NCBI GenBank assembly: GCA_032718475.1
Contig: JAUCBJ010006829.1
Coordinates: forward strand, 1 to 64,000
Source of the DNA: Nemertoderma westbladi
Lineage: Eukaryota; Animalia; Xenacoelomorpha
Length of the DNA stretch: 64,000 nucleotides
Direction: 5' to 3'
The position numbers were made by a program, and so were the translations under genes. Each line of letters starts with the position of its first letter. The stretch's first letter is position 1. The notes beneath the pieces are model-generated. The model was not told the origin of the DNA and made no database searches. It saw only the letters and a list, made by a program, of their open reading frames with translations. Below are positions 50,078-61,900 of this stretch, piece by piece.

Positions 50078-51261
50078 TGTAAAAGCTTTTGCGGAATTAG
50101 CCGGTTATTTTCCCCGCAAAGTACTCTGTAGTTGGTTTAACAGGCATAAAAGGCTGTATCCTTACTGTACTGGTGTTTTAGTGGACATACAAAGCCATTT
50201 CTTCTGTATGTGTACTTTAGCGGACATAATTAGCAATTCTATGACGCAATGCGCTAGATCCTCTTGAAACAGTGTAGTTACTATGACGACAGCTAACAGC
50301 TGAGCTGTACACGTGTAGCTTTTTCCTTGTTCTCTGATGTTTCTTTGTTCGGTCAACCAATCAGAGCGATTCTCCTGCTTTTTGTACAGAAACCTCCGGG
50401 AAATCGCGCAATACATTATGGGTCAATGTTTACATTTTGTCCTGAGCCCAGAAGACCGGCTTTTGGAATCTCTGTGTTATCAGTCTTTAGCCCAACATTA
50501 GTAGGCTTAATTATAGAACGTATATCTGTTATCGAATCATAACAAACCATATCATAACTCACTAAACATATCAATCAAACTTAACTTAACATTTTACTGC
50601 TATTTACTGTCGGTTATTCATTATATCTGTTGATGGAATATTATTATATTTGGAATACCGATAAATAATTACAAACCCTCAATCTTCTTGATATACTGAA
50701 GGTAAGAGAGACCGGTTACATATAACGATTGCGATTTACATTAAAGTGGTTTTGAAGTGAATCTAATGCTATTTCATAGGCACTACATGTATTGGCTGTT
50801 GTTCTCTTTATATGTGACTAAAATTAGTGAAGGTCGGCAGATCAGTGTGCAGCATTGTGCAGTATTGTGTATGATTGTGACTGATAACAAAGCATCTCCT
50901 AAAGAATGCGCCATATACGTGAATCTATAGCCATCCGTTGTGTCTAGTTTAAGTCATAACTCTGTTTACATATTTAGAGCGCCACGTCCTAAAGGAACTG
51001 TTAATATTTCCCGAAAGTGAATAATATTTGTCAGAGATTATATATTACGACCAGTCGAATAATACAGTAGGCCTACACCGCAATACGGTTAGGCTTCCGA
51101 ATCCAGTCTCCCGGGTATATCCAGCGGGTGAATGATCGCGCATAGACTGGCTTCGGCTAATGTAGTGTATCAAATACTCGTCATAGGCTAAAGACTATCT
51201 ATTATCTAGAAGACATCCCAATTTGGCAGGTTAAACTGCTAAAGGTCTGAAAGCGCGAACA
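50078..51261 (+). repeat. 3' LTR (1184 bp)
   Basis: Matches 38589-39773. Confidence 0.97.
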
Positions 51262-51544
51262 GAACCTAAGCTTGGTACTTGTTGTTGCTTATTGCACTTT
51301 AACTGATTACATTGCGCTGTATTATTTAATAAAACAATTATCAGTGCCTTGAAGACAACTTATCAATATTGGCAATGTTTCTGCTAATGGGCTCCTTAGT
51401 CCTTCCATTTAGGTTCCTCACCTCTCTGTCCCTCATCATACCGTTTTTCTCTGCCATCCTGCCCTCTCACCTAATCGGTAGCGCCGTTCCAAGGCCCGCA
51501 TCAGATGAGGCACTAGTAATTATGATCTTAATTACTTAATTTGG

Positions 51545-51835
51545 TTCTCCCTCATCAACTGGCTGAATATCTCCTCAGCCACCAACTCGTTTCCCTCATC
51601 CCTAATCATCGTTTCTTCTCCCTTTGAATGAATCTTCTTAATTAGTGGCCACTCCTACTTCTCATTGAGAAAGTGCGGTCCATGCTGCCACAACTCTTGC
51701 TTTTGCGAGAAAGCATGGTGTTCGATGCCTCTCGAGAGCAAGTCTGCTGGATTGTCATCCATTGAGTAGTAGTGCCACATATCCAAGTTAGTCGTCGCTC
51801 TTATTTCATCCATTTTATTTGCTATGAATATGGAG
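51545..51835 (-). pseudogene. Old BEL pol fragment (end of RNase H region)
   Basis: IFIANKMDEIRATTNLDMWHY..DDNPADLLSRG..LWQHGPHFL, homologous to ORF 55734-56456. Confidence 0.8.
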
Positions 51836-52447
51836 TATAATAATAATAATAATATAATTTACAAGAGCTATGTGCACTTGATGGGAGTGAACCCGTAACC
51901 AAAATACGTAGTCTTATAATAGAGTTTGTCAGTAGAGTTTGTGGTAGAAACGTTGGAGATCGGGATTTACAGGCAGGCAGTTGGAGCAAGAGCAGGTAAG
52001 TATCCAGGTGCAGGGTGAGAGTTCGTTGTATTTGGTCTTGAAAATGGTTGTTGGCTAGTCGTTGCAAGTGGTACCAGAAATTATAGGTTGATGAAGAGTG
52101 GCGAAGTAAGGGTAGAATGAATAGCTGCGGGAGGCGGGTCAAGGTGCAGGTTGTACTATTGGAAGATAGTTTAATGTAAGGCTTTCAGTTGAAGTCGTAC
52201 TTCTTGTTGAGAATAGCTGATAGTAGAAGGAGGTCATGCAGTTGTAGATATAGTGATAACAGCAGTAGTTTGAGTGCGGAAAGACATTCTTTGTTTGAGA
52301 GGAATTGAGTATCCATCTTGTTAACGATGTTGTAACTGCTCTATTATGAGAGTGTCCTTGTGGTTGGCGTACCAGCATTATGATGCGTAGGTTGCGATTA
52401 GGACGATTAGAGTTTTTTAAGTGTGTGGCTTTGCACATGTTGATGAC
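51836..52447 (-). mobile_element. 3' fragment of the CR1/L2-group LINE (same family as 10345-11281), with a small internal deletion
   Basis: Reverse-complement similarity to 10360-11280; (TAT)n tail at 51836-51856. Confidence 0.88.
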
Positions 52448-53959
52448 TGTGATGGGATCCTAGGAGGATCCCGGTTTATCCGGTTGTTGTAATTACGCGT
52501 CCCCGCCGTGTGTATGTGAAAAGATCGTTTTGAGAGTCCTGATGTTATTAATTCTCCGATATATGTATGATATAAACGTCAAATGGATATAGTGTATAGA
52601 ATGAGATAACTGATTAATTTACGGTATGTACTGAATACTAATAATGGCAGTAGACGGGGACAGTATTAGAAGTCACCGCTCTACCCTAGCTAACCGACTA
52701 ACAGAATGAAATAACTAACTACAATAACATGATGACAGGTAATATATATTGCACGGTTTGGCCATTGTTACAGTACCTAGCCGGTGCCTTCCCCCCATTG
52801 GCTAATAACCTTGTTGGCGCCCTTTGGAGTGTTTCCCCTCACTCCTTCTATTCTCTCTCTGTCAGGGGTATGGCCCCTGACCCCTATTGTGTGTTTCTCC
52901 TTCCCACTTTGTTGGGGTGGCACGAGGTAGGGTAATCAACCTCGTGGCCCCCAATATTGCTTAACAGCTTACTTTGTGGGGTGTTAGCGGAATTGGATAA
53001 GCTAACACTCCCCCCCATGCTATCTTCCCGGTGAGAAGATAGCATCCTCCTCAAGTGCGCTACAATTCCGTTGGATCCCGATCTAGTATCGGGTGTGGGG
53101 TGGGCCTATTTTCTCTCGGAGCTGGCTTTCCAGGCCGCTCCCTATGGGTATGATAATGCTACCCTGTTCGCCTGGCGTCCCATGTCGGGCCGATCGTGCG
53201 CTCCTCTCACACGATTTTTGTTTCACGACTTTCGCCCTGACTCTCCTCCACTCTCACCCTAACTCTCGCATACTCTCGGACCTCCTCGTCCCTCACTCCG
53301 CCTCTTACTTCTCCCCCCCCCCCCCACATTTGAATTGCGCCCACGCTCTCTCCACACTCCGCACTCCACGCTCTATTACTCATATCTCGCCCTATCTCAC
53401 CCTCTCGTTTCTGACGAGCCTCACCCCCCTTTTGTGCCGTCGCACTCAAGAAGTATGATGTCGTCAGCGTCTTGTCCGTGACTTACAGTACCATGGTCGA
53501 TTAGTCCCCAGTCCCAGTAGCTAATTGGAAAAGGTCGTGCTTGACCACGGTACGCACTTTATAATATACATACGTGATTTACTTATATAGTTATTATAAG
53601 GTTATTATTATCATATGTTATATTATATGCTCGTCTACATAACGCGCCTCATTCCCTCTCGGCCATTCTCCCCTGGCGACTTCTTCCAGTCGCTTCTCCC
53701 CTAATCTATTCACTTCCAACTTCCCCCATGTGATGTCTATCCAGACCTCCGAAGGCCATCTTGAAGGCTCTTCTGTAGTTCGGAGGTGATTCTAATATCC
53801 TTAATTTTTTTTATTTCAGATTTTGTGTTACTAACCCTACTTACCTTTCTGGCTACTATTTCTATGATATACTGTGCTCTCTTATCTCTTACTATACACT
53901 ATTTATACCCCCCTATCACTGATTCTTACTACCAACGGTGCTCTATGCACCCTCTTACT

Positions 53960-54408
53960 AACTAGTTCTACAACTAACTACTACTCTTACTAGCCGGTAC
54001 TACGTACCCCCCTACTAACTCCTCTAACTCTACTAACTATCGGTACTACGTACCCTCTTACTACTTCTCTAACTCTACTCTTACTAGCCGGTACTACGTA
54101 CCCTCTTACTACTCCTAACTCCACTAACTATCGGTACTACGTACCCTCTTACTAACTTCCAACTCTACTCTTACTAACCGGTACTACGTACCCTCCTACT
54201 AACTCCTCTAACTAACGGTACTACGTACCCTCTTACTACTTCTAACTCCACTAACTATCGGTACTACGTACCCTCTTACTACTTCTAACTAACTAACTCC
54301 ACTAACTATCGGTACTACGTACCCTCTTACTACTTCCAACTCCACTAACTATCGGTACTACGTACCCTCTTACTACTTCTAACTCCAACTCTCGGTACTA
54401 CATACCTC

Positions 54409-54450
<42 letters not shown>

Positions 54451-54548
54451 CTAACTCTCGGTATTACGTACCTCCTAACTAACTAACTAACTCTGACTCT
54501 AGGTACTACGTACCTTCTAACTAACTCCTAACTAACTAACTAACTCTA
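53960..54548. repeat. Variable ~40-50 bp tandem repeat with GGTACTACGTACC core plus (CTAA)n, inside the BEL 3' region
   Basis: About 12 copies of cggtactacgtaccc; ctaa runs at 54410-54545. Confidence 0.85.
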
Positions 54549-54656
54549 ATTTTTATTTATTTTATTTTTATTTTATGTGTGGGAAGGGCATCTCGCCCTC
54601 AATCCCACCCCCCTCAGTCCAAAACTTGGACGACTAAACTCCTCTCTAACTCCAAT

Positions 54657-55694
54657 CTAAGGTGCCCTTTCTAATAGACAGCATTTCCCTACAGCTCTCC
54701 TGTAGGTTTTTCTGTCCTTCGCACCTATCTTGCCACCTATCAGCACTTCTACCGATCGGACTCTTCCGTCCTCATCGGAGTAAGTGCCTACAACTCTAGC
54801 CAACCGCCACTGGTTGTTGATGATAGTATCATCCGTAACGATCACGAGATCTCCCACTCTTAACTCCCTATTCGTCTTCCTCCACTTGCTTCTTTTGTGA
54901 AGCGTGGGTAGGTATTCCTCAACCCACCTCCTCCAATACTCTGCGCTTATCGCTTTAGCGACTTTCCAACTCTGGCGGGAGTGTATGTCGTCTGGGTCTA
55001 CACCCCGCATATCGATGGTCGCTGGCCTTTCCATTAGAAAATGGCTGGGCGTCAGTACATCTAGTGACTCAGGGTCATCATTCTCCGGATATAGCGGTCT
55101 GCTATTAATGATACCCTCACACTTCGCAAGTACTGTTCTCAAGACGTCCTCCGTAACCATATGGGTGTTCATCAACTTCGTCATAAGACGCTTCGAACTA
55201 CCCACGAGTCTCTCGACGCATCCTAGCGTATGCGGTGCATACGGCATCCTCCTCTCCCACTTTACTTGTCGTCGTCTCATGGCTGCCCTGACTTCCTCCC
55301 CTTCCAAGATGTCCAAGGCCTCTGCCATCTCGTTCTCCGCTCCCACAAAGTTGGTTCCATTGTCGGAGTATATTACTGCGATCATCCCACCTTTGCGGTC
55401 TCTGAACCTTTCTAGAGCATTAATAAATGCTGATGCAGTTGCATCTTGGGCGAGTTCTATCCCTACCGCCCTCGTGTTGTTACATACGAAGATAATACCG
55501 TAGCGTTTCTCCGTGTGCCGCATCACTTTGATCTTTATCGGCCCGAACATGTCCACACCGCAATGCGTAAATGGCGGGTCGTGCTGTTTTACCCTACTCG
55601 CCGGTAGTGGCGCCATCTCCTGTATGGCTCGCTCCTTCTTCGCTCGTCGGCAGGTCTGGCACTGCCCCACTACCGCTTTTACCTTCTTCCTCAA
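54657..55694 (-). CDS. BEL integrase core and C-terminal domain
   Basis: D,D(35)E-type motifs in an open 345-aa frame. Confidence 0.9.
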   Translation of the reverse strand: MRKKVKAVVGQCQTCRRAKKERAIQEMAPLPASRVKQHDPPFTHCGVDMFGPIKIKVMRHTEKRYGIIFVCNNTRAVGIELAQDATASAFINALERFRDRKGGMIAVIYSDNGTNFVGAENEMAEALDILEGEEVRAAMRRRQVKWERRMPYAPHTLGCVERLVGSSKRLMTKLMNTHMVTEDVLRTVLAKCEGIINSRPLYPENDDPESLDVLTPSHFLMERPATIDMRGVDPDDIHSRQSWKVAKAISAEYWRRWVEEYLPTLHKRSKWRKTNRELRVGDLVIVTDDTIINNQWRLARVVGTYSDEDGRVRSVEVLIGGKIGAKDRKTYRRAVGKCCLLERAP

Positions 55695-56928
55695 CTGTTT
55701 GACCCAAAAGGTCCTCCGTATTTCCGTGAGGGTTCAGTTGGTGCCCCCGTGCAATATCGACTTGTGGGAGTCCCAGATAATCTGGTGGACTATTGGCGAT
55801 CCTGTGGGGATGATGATGGGTTTCGGTGGTACGACTATGCTGTTGTTGTGCACCACCCTAGAGTTCATCACTAGAATCCCGTCGTCATTGAGTTGTGGCG
55901 ACAGCGTGATCAGCTCGCTGTCCCGTCGAAGATGCTGTTGTTTACCGACGCGTTCCACCTCGTTGCCATAGTTCTTCCGTTGTTCATAGCGGATGACTGC
56001 TTTGGCCGCTCCTTTCAGAGCTATGGTTGTCCTGATCTTCTTGCCTTTGCCAACTCCCGTGAGGAAATTCCCGAAGGCTCTCCAGTACGCCACTAATTTC
56101 TTGGTCTTATACCAACTAGAGCTGTAGCTGAGGAGTTTATCCGTCAGGTTATCGCACAGTTCTTCTGTCTTAGGTTGCACGTCCCTTATCTCCCTCACCA
56201 TCTGGGAGTATATCTCTTCTCCCTCTGAATCTCCCTCTTCTCCCTCTGATACTGTTTCTCCCAAGCCCGGGTCCACCTTTCTCATAGGCGGCCAGGCCTC
56301 CTTTTCGCTCAGAAACTGTGGCCCGTGTTGCCACAATACCTCTTTTTTTAAGAAAGTGTGGCGTGCCACGCCCCTCGATAACAAGTCCGCTGGGTTCTCG
56401 TCTGTAGGGCAGTAGTGCCACCTTTCTAGTTCTGTCGTCACCCTTATTTCGTCCACTCTATTTGGACGAATATAGGGTATCGCGTTTTCTCGTTATGTAG
56501 CCAGCCAAGCACTACCATGGAATCCGTCCAGTAGTGTGTCTCCACTATGTTGGGAATAGCCTCCATTATGTAGGCTGTGGCCCTAACTCCTAGCCTCGCC
56601 GCTGTCAACTCTAGTTTGGGAACCGATGCCGAATCTGGTGGCGTTGACTTCGCCTTGCTGAAGGCAAGTCTGGGCTTGTGAGGCCCCTCTCGTTGTACTA
56701 AATAGAGTGCCGCTCCGTATACCTCTAGTGACGCATCGGAGAACATGTGCAGATCCAGGTTCGTCATGTCCCCATCCGGGAAATACACTCGCGGCATGCT
56801 GTATGTTCCCATCTTCTCCAAACCTTCTGTCCACTTACACCACTGTTTCTTGATCTCTTCTGGTACATCTACGTCCACTCATCCTTCAGTTTGTATACTC
56901 TCTTGAGTATCTGTTTCCCCGTGACTAA

Positions 56929-58503
56929 TAGTGGGGATGCTAGGCCTAGGGGATCGTATATCCTTGCTCAATCACCTACATCGCCCCGGGTCTATAGCAA
57001 TAGTGTTAACCGAAATTCTGTCCATCTTCAGGATTTTATCTCTGGAAATGGATTGTTTTCGGCTGGAACCCAGTTCAAGAAGCGAACTGGAAAGCTATGG
57101 ACTCATAGTGGACCCAGTGGTCACAAGTCCCAGATAGACCATATTCTGTTTCGTAGGAAATACAGGAGCTCTATACAAGACGGTAATGATTTACACTTCG
57201 ACCCTTCTCCAGTGATCACCGCCTTATTGTGGCCAAGGTAAGACTTAGTCTGCGTGCTAGCAGAACAACGAAATCTGCCTTGCCACGGCATGACTGGTCC
57301 TCTCTGTTGCAACAGCCAAGTGTGAGATCCAGCTTCACACTACAGCTGAGCAACAGGTATGAGGCTCTTGCCTCTGAGGCGGCAGATCACTGTGAGGGCT
57401 ATACTGCCTTTACAGAAGCAGTTAAGTTAGCAGCTGCAGAAACAGTTCCTGTATACCCTCGAAACAGGAAAAGGGCCCCCTGGACTGACAACAAAATTCA
57501 GAAGTGCCGAAATGACCTTCATAAGGCGCAGAAAGAGTCCCGACTCAAACAGACTACAGCGGCCAAGAATGCAGTTAAAGCTGCATCTAGGTCCCTGAAC
57601 AGGCAGTACTCTGTTAATCTACAGGAGCTAATAAACCAACAGGTTGATGCCATCAATGATGCTGACGACAGCAGGCAATCATCCCAGGCATGGAAATCGA
57701 TCAATCTGCTTACTGGGCGGAAAAGCCAACCAACCACCAAGGTTAAGGCTGAATCACCAGCCGATCGCCTCAATGGTTGGAAAGCCCACTTTGAAAAGCT
57801 CCTCAATAATGACAGGGTATTGCCTGATAACTTTATAGAAGTAAAAGTGTCTGAGTCTGTACTCCCAGATATTCCCATTGGCGATATCTCCTTTGCAGAA
57901 GTGAAGGCTACTGCAAAGAGCATTAAGACCAATCGTGCCAGTGGAGTAGATGGTGTTCCCCCTGAGTGCCTGAGTGCTAAAATACCTGAGTGTTTAAAGC
58001 TCATCTATCCCATCATAGTAGACATGTACCGTACAACAAGAGTCCCACAAGAAATGAAAACAAATAAGTTGGAGCCAGTTCCCAAGAAGGGCAACCTAAC
58101 ACTCTATGGTTCTTTTCGGGGAATCTCATTGATCTCGATTGCTGCAAAACTATACAATAGAATTCTATTAAATCGCATCAGGGATCCCATTGAGAGACTG
58201 CTACGTGGAAATCAGAATGGGTTCCGTAAAGGTCGTGGGACCATGGAGCCCATTTTGGCACTTAGAAGGATAATTGAAGAGTTATCAAAAAAGAAAGACA
58301 GGCATCTGGCTGTTATCTTTGTTGACTTCTTCAAGGCCTTTGATTCAGTCTCTCGCTCACGTATGTTCAGCATACTTTCATTATATGGGATTCCTGATGA
58401 AATTATTGCAGCAATCAGATCAGTATATGATGGTTCGACAACATTTGTGTCTACTGTTGACGGTGACACAGAACCATTTGAAGTGTTATGGGGCGTCCTC
58501 CAA
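56929..58503 (+). mobile_element. RTE-type LINE (end of APE, linker, 5' half of RT) inserted in the second BEL and cut by the third
   Basis: FKKRTGKLWT..QIDHIL (APE); ASGVDGVPPE, PVPKKGNL..FRGISL, QNGFRKGR, FVDFFKAFDS, GVLQ (RT); homology stops at the GVLQ|TG LTR start. Confidence 0.92.
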
Positions 58504-58781
58504 TGTGCGGAATATACGCACACCAAATATATAAGTGCTGACTGTATCCATCAGTCAGCCTTCAGTCGAACATAATGCTGACTGCATCCGGCAGTCAGCT
58601 AAAGCAACAAGGAAAAAGGGTCAGCTGTCAGACAATACTAAAATATAATAATCTGCTGATCTGCTTGCTGGCTTGTCTCTCAAATAATAATCATCTGTCA
58701 GCACTGTACCGGTAGTAAACCTTCACCAAAAGAAGTATACAGTATAAAATAGTATAAATCTACTGTAATAACTTTATTACA
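58504..58781 (-). repeat. 3' LTR of the third BEL element (278 bp)
   Basis: TG...CA ends, an adjoining polypurine tract (minus strand GGGCGGGAGAA, 58782-58792) and an abrupt junction with the RTE RT. Confidence 0.8.
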
Positions 58782-58911
58782 TTCTCCCGCCCAAAAATAA
58801 TCAATTGGGTACAGTTGCAAATAATATACACTAAAATTATTAAAAACATCTTTCGTAAATAACAATTACTGAACAATACATATTAACTAACTACAAATCC
58901 GTCATTTGTTA

Positions 58912-61900
58912 CTAAAAACTTTCACTTCCAGAACTGCACTCAGACTTTGAAGACTCACTAATATCGTCATAATAAGATGAAACTCTCTCTCTAGCCGATT
59001 GAGCCGTCTTACGCTGTGAGGGCTGGCGTTCTGAAGGATTGTCGAACTTAACCACCGCTTGGGGGCGTGCAGAAACCACAGGGTTGTTACCAATAGGATC
59101 GTCGGAGGCGGGAGACGCTAATTCTATTGGATAGAGTTTCTTAATTGGTCTCTTGTATATTCCCGTAGCAGTACGTAAGGTTACGAATCGAACCCACCCG
59201 TCATTACCCGGATGTAAGTCTATCACCTTGCCTAGATTCCAACGCCCACGCGGTAGGACATTATCATGGATGAGAACTACGTCTCCAACACTCACAACAT
59301 TACTAGGGTCACGAGAATCCTAACGATGGTGCTCCCGCAATGTTGTTAAATATTCCTTGGACCACCGGGTCCACAGATCACTCAATAACTTTAGCAAACG
59401 AAGATGACCACGAGTTAGACTATCTCTAGATACAGTTGGACAATAATCGGGATCACGCCACACATCACTATCGAGGCTATTGGGATTATACAATGTATTA
59501 ATGCGGTGACCTGATATTAACATTGATGGAGTTAGTGGCTGTGGATCATTATTATCTCCCGAAACATAGGTAAGAGGTCTGTCATTCATTATACACTCAA
59601 CTTCAACAATAAGCGTTTGCAACTCTTCTAGAGATATTAACGCGCAACCTAACACCTTCTTCAAACTAGTCTTCATCATTCGCACCAGGCGTTCCCATAT
59701 CCCGCCAAACCATGGTGCTGCTGGGGGGATAAAATCCCATGCAATTCGATGTGACAATAAGAACTTACTGACACTAGGGTCTTCTTTGGCCTGCCTTAAA
59801 CAACCATCTGCTGAGGTGAATGTCGACGAATTATCACTCAACAATCTCGAGGGACACCCTCGCCGCCCAACAAATCGTCGCAGAGCCAGTAGGAAAGCAT
59901 CAGTACTATTATCACGCACTATTTCTAAATGGACCGCACGACTCGCAGCACAAGTAAATAATGCTATATACACCTTGAATTTGTCGTCGTTGTCTTTCAC
60001 TAATAAACTGCCGGTGTAATCTACACCACTACACTTAAATGGATGACATTCCTGTACTCGAATGTTAGGTAATGGGGGAGGAGGGGGTACTTGATAATGG
60101 GGACCTTGAATTTTACGACACGTTGTACATTGTCTGCACAGAGATCGAACTCGTTGACGGATAGCTGGAATCCACCACCTCTGTCTTAAGAAAACTACTG
60201 TATCTGCAATACCCGAGTGCTTAACTAAATGTTCATGCGTGTACTTAATGATTAAATGTGTTAACCAATGGTGGGATGGTAGAAACAAGGGGTATTTAGT
60301 TTCCCATGGCAGATTGGCATTGTCGATTCTTCCCACACTACGTATCACACCATCCATCATAGTAAGACGTAATTGACGCACAATAGTTGGCATACGACCT
60401 TTAGAAGTAATCAAGTAATCCCAAACCTCCGGATAAGATTCACGCTGTGCATGTTGGACTAACCAAATTTCAGCATCACGCACTTCACTCACTCGTAACA
60501 ATGGAAAAATATTAAAATGCACATTACTTGGCACAATATCAACTATAGTACGAGTACGAGATTTATCAACAATTGCACACTTTAAATTTCTAATAAAACG
60601 AAATACTAAAGCTGTTACAGTTATCAACTTATTGAAATTCCCAAAACGTTTAATATCGATTGGACATATAACAGGGGGAGTACAAATAACAGTCTCATTA
60701 ACAGACATTGTTGCAATAGATACAATTGGCTGTTCACCTGGCTCCATTTGGTCAACAGAAATATCATTTTGATTTGGCCAATTATCAGATGTGAGCCAGG
60801 TTGGACCAGAAATCCATAAATTAAATTTAAGAAATTTCTTGGCCGAAATACCACGAGATAAACAATCAGCTGGATTGTCGTCTGTTGGTACATAAAGAAA
60901 TGTACCATTGGGTAAGTTTTCTCTTATTTCTAGAACACGGCGTTGGATATACGGTTTTTGTATTTTGTCAGAATTAATCCAGGCCAATGTTATTTTACTA
61001 TCAGTCCACAAAAATAATTTATTACTATTATCAGTTTCAACTTTATAAACGTTTGTTACAAACTTTAGAAGTTTTGATCCAATAGCAGCAGCTGTCAATT
61101 CTAGCTGCGGTAATGAAGGCGTGGTTTTACCACCCTTGATTGGAGCAAGTTTACACTTGGAAATCACAAGTTTAGAAATATTATCTAAAACAATATAAAT
61201 AACAGCACCGAAAGCTTTTCCTGATGCATCACAAAAAGCGTGTATAGATGCTTCAGGAGTTACACATAATTGCCTAGGCAGACAAAAACTAAAGCACAAA
61301 ATAAGATCAGAAACAATGTTATGCCACTCTTTTACAATGTTGTCTGGGAGTGGGGCGTCCCATTTAATACCGAGAGCCCATATATCCCGTATTAATAAAC
61401 GAGATCGTATTGTCACTGGATTTATGAATCCCAATGGATCAAAAACCCTTGATGCCAAACTAACAACCTTACGTTTTGTTAAAATAACCACTGATGATGT
61501 CATGTTCCTATCTTGGAATCCTATGACGTCATCAGACATGTTCCAACATAATCCCAAAACCTTTTGTTCATTATGAGTTACTTTAGGTCCGTCATGGTTT
61601 ACTTTTATCAACTTAGCTAATTCTGGTGAATTAGTAACCCACTCCCTTAAAGGAAACCCACCAGCGGCTAAAATACCGCGACTTTCGTTATAAAAATTAA
61701 TTAAACAATGCTCAGAATTATCATTAGCTTGTAAATTGTCTACGTACAAACCATTGAGAATACGTTGAGCGCATGGAGGGTTTAGTTTGCGGACATGATG
61801 ACGCACAGTAGCATTGAGAAGGAATTGGGAACAAGTAGCACCAAAAAGGACTACTCGAAATCGATATGTGACCCAAGGACTGTGAGGATTGGTTGGATCC

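Larger units (their letters stand above)
38589..51261 (+). mobile_element. Full-length BEL/Pao LTR retrotransposon (12.7 kb), coding region disrupted
   Basis: Two ~1.18-kb TG...CA LTRs; 5-bp TSD GAACC (38584-38588, 51262-51266); gag-PR-RT-RH-IN order; short purine tract gggagcag before the 3' LTR. Confidence 0.97.
52448..56928 (-). mobile_element. 3' half of a second BEL/Pao element (RNase H, integrase, long 3' region, putative LTR from 52448)
   Basis: LHMFSDAS, PKLELTAA, WTDS (56444-56878); NPADLLSRG (55734-56456); CQTC, GVDMFGP, SDNGTNF, VERL, YLPTL..RSKW..VGDLV (54657-55694); two frameshifts; candidate LTR/PPT junction aca|ctccccccc near 53007. Confidence 0.85.

Noticed and set aside
58504-58575. 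C-terminal tail of ORF 57229-58575
   Set aside because: It is read-through into the BEL LTR and not part of the RTE protein.
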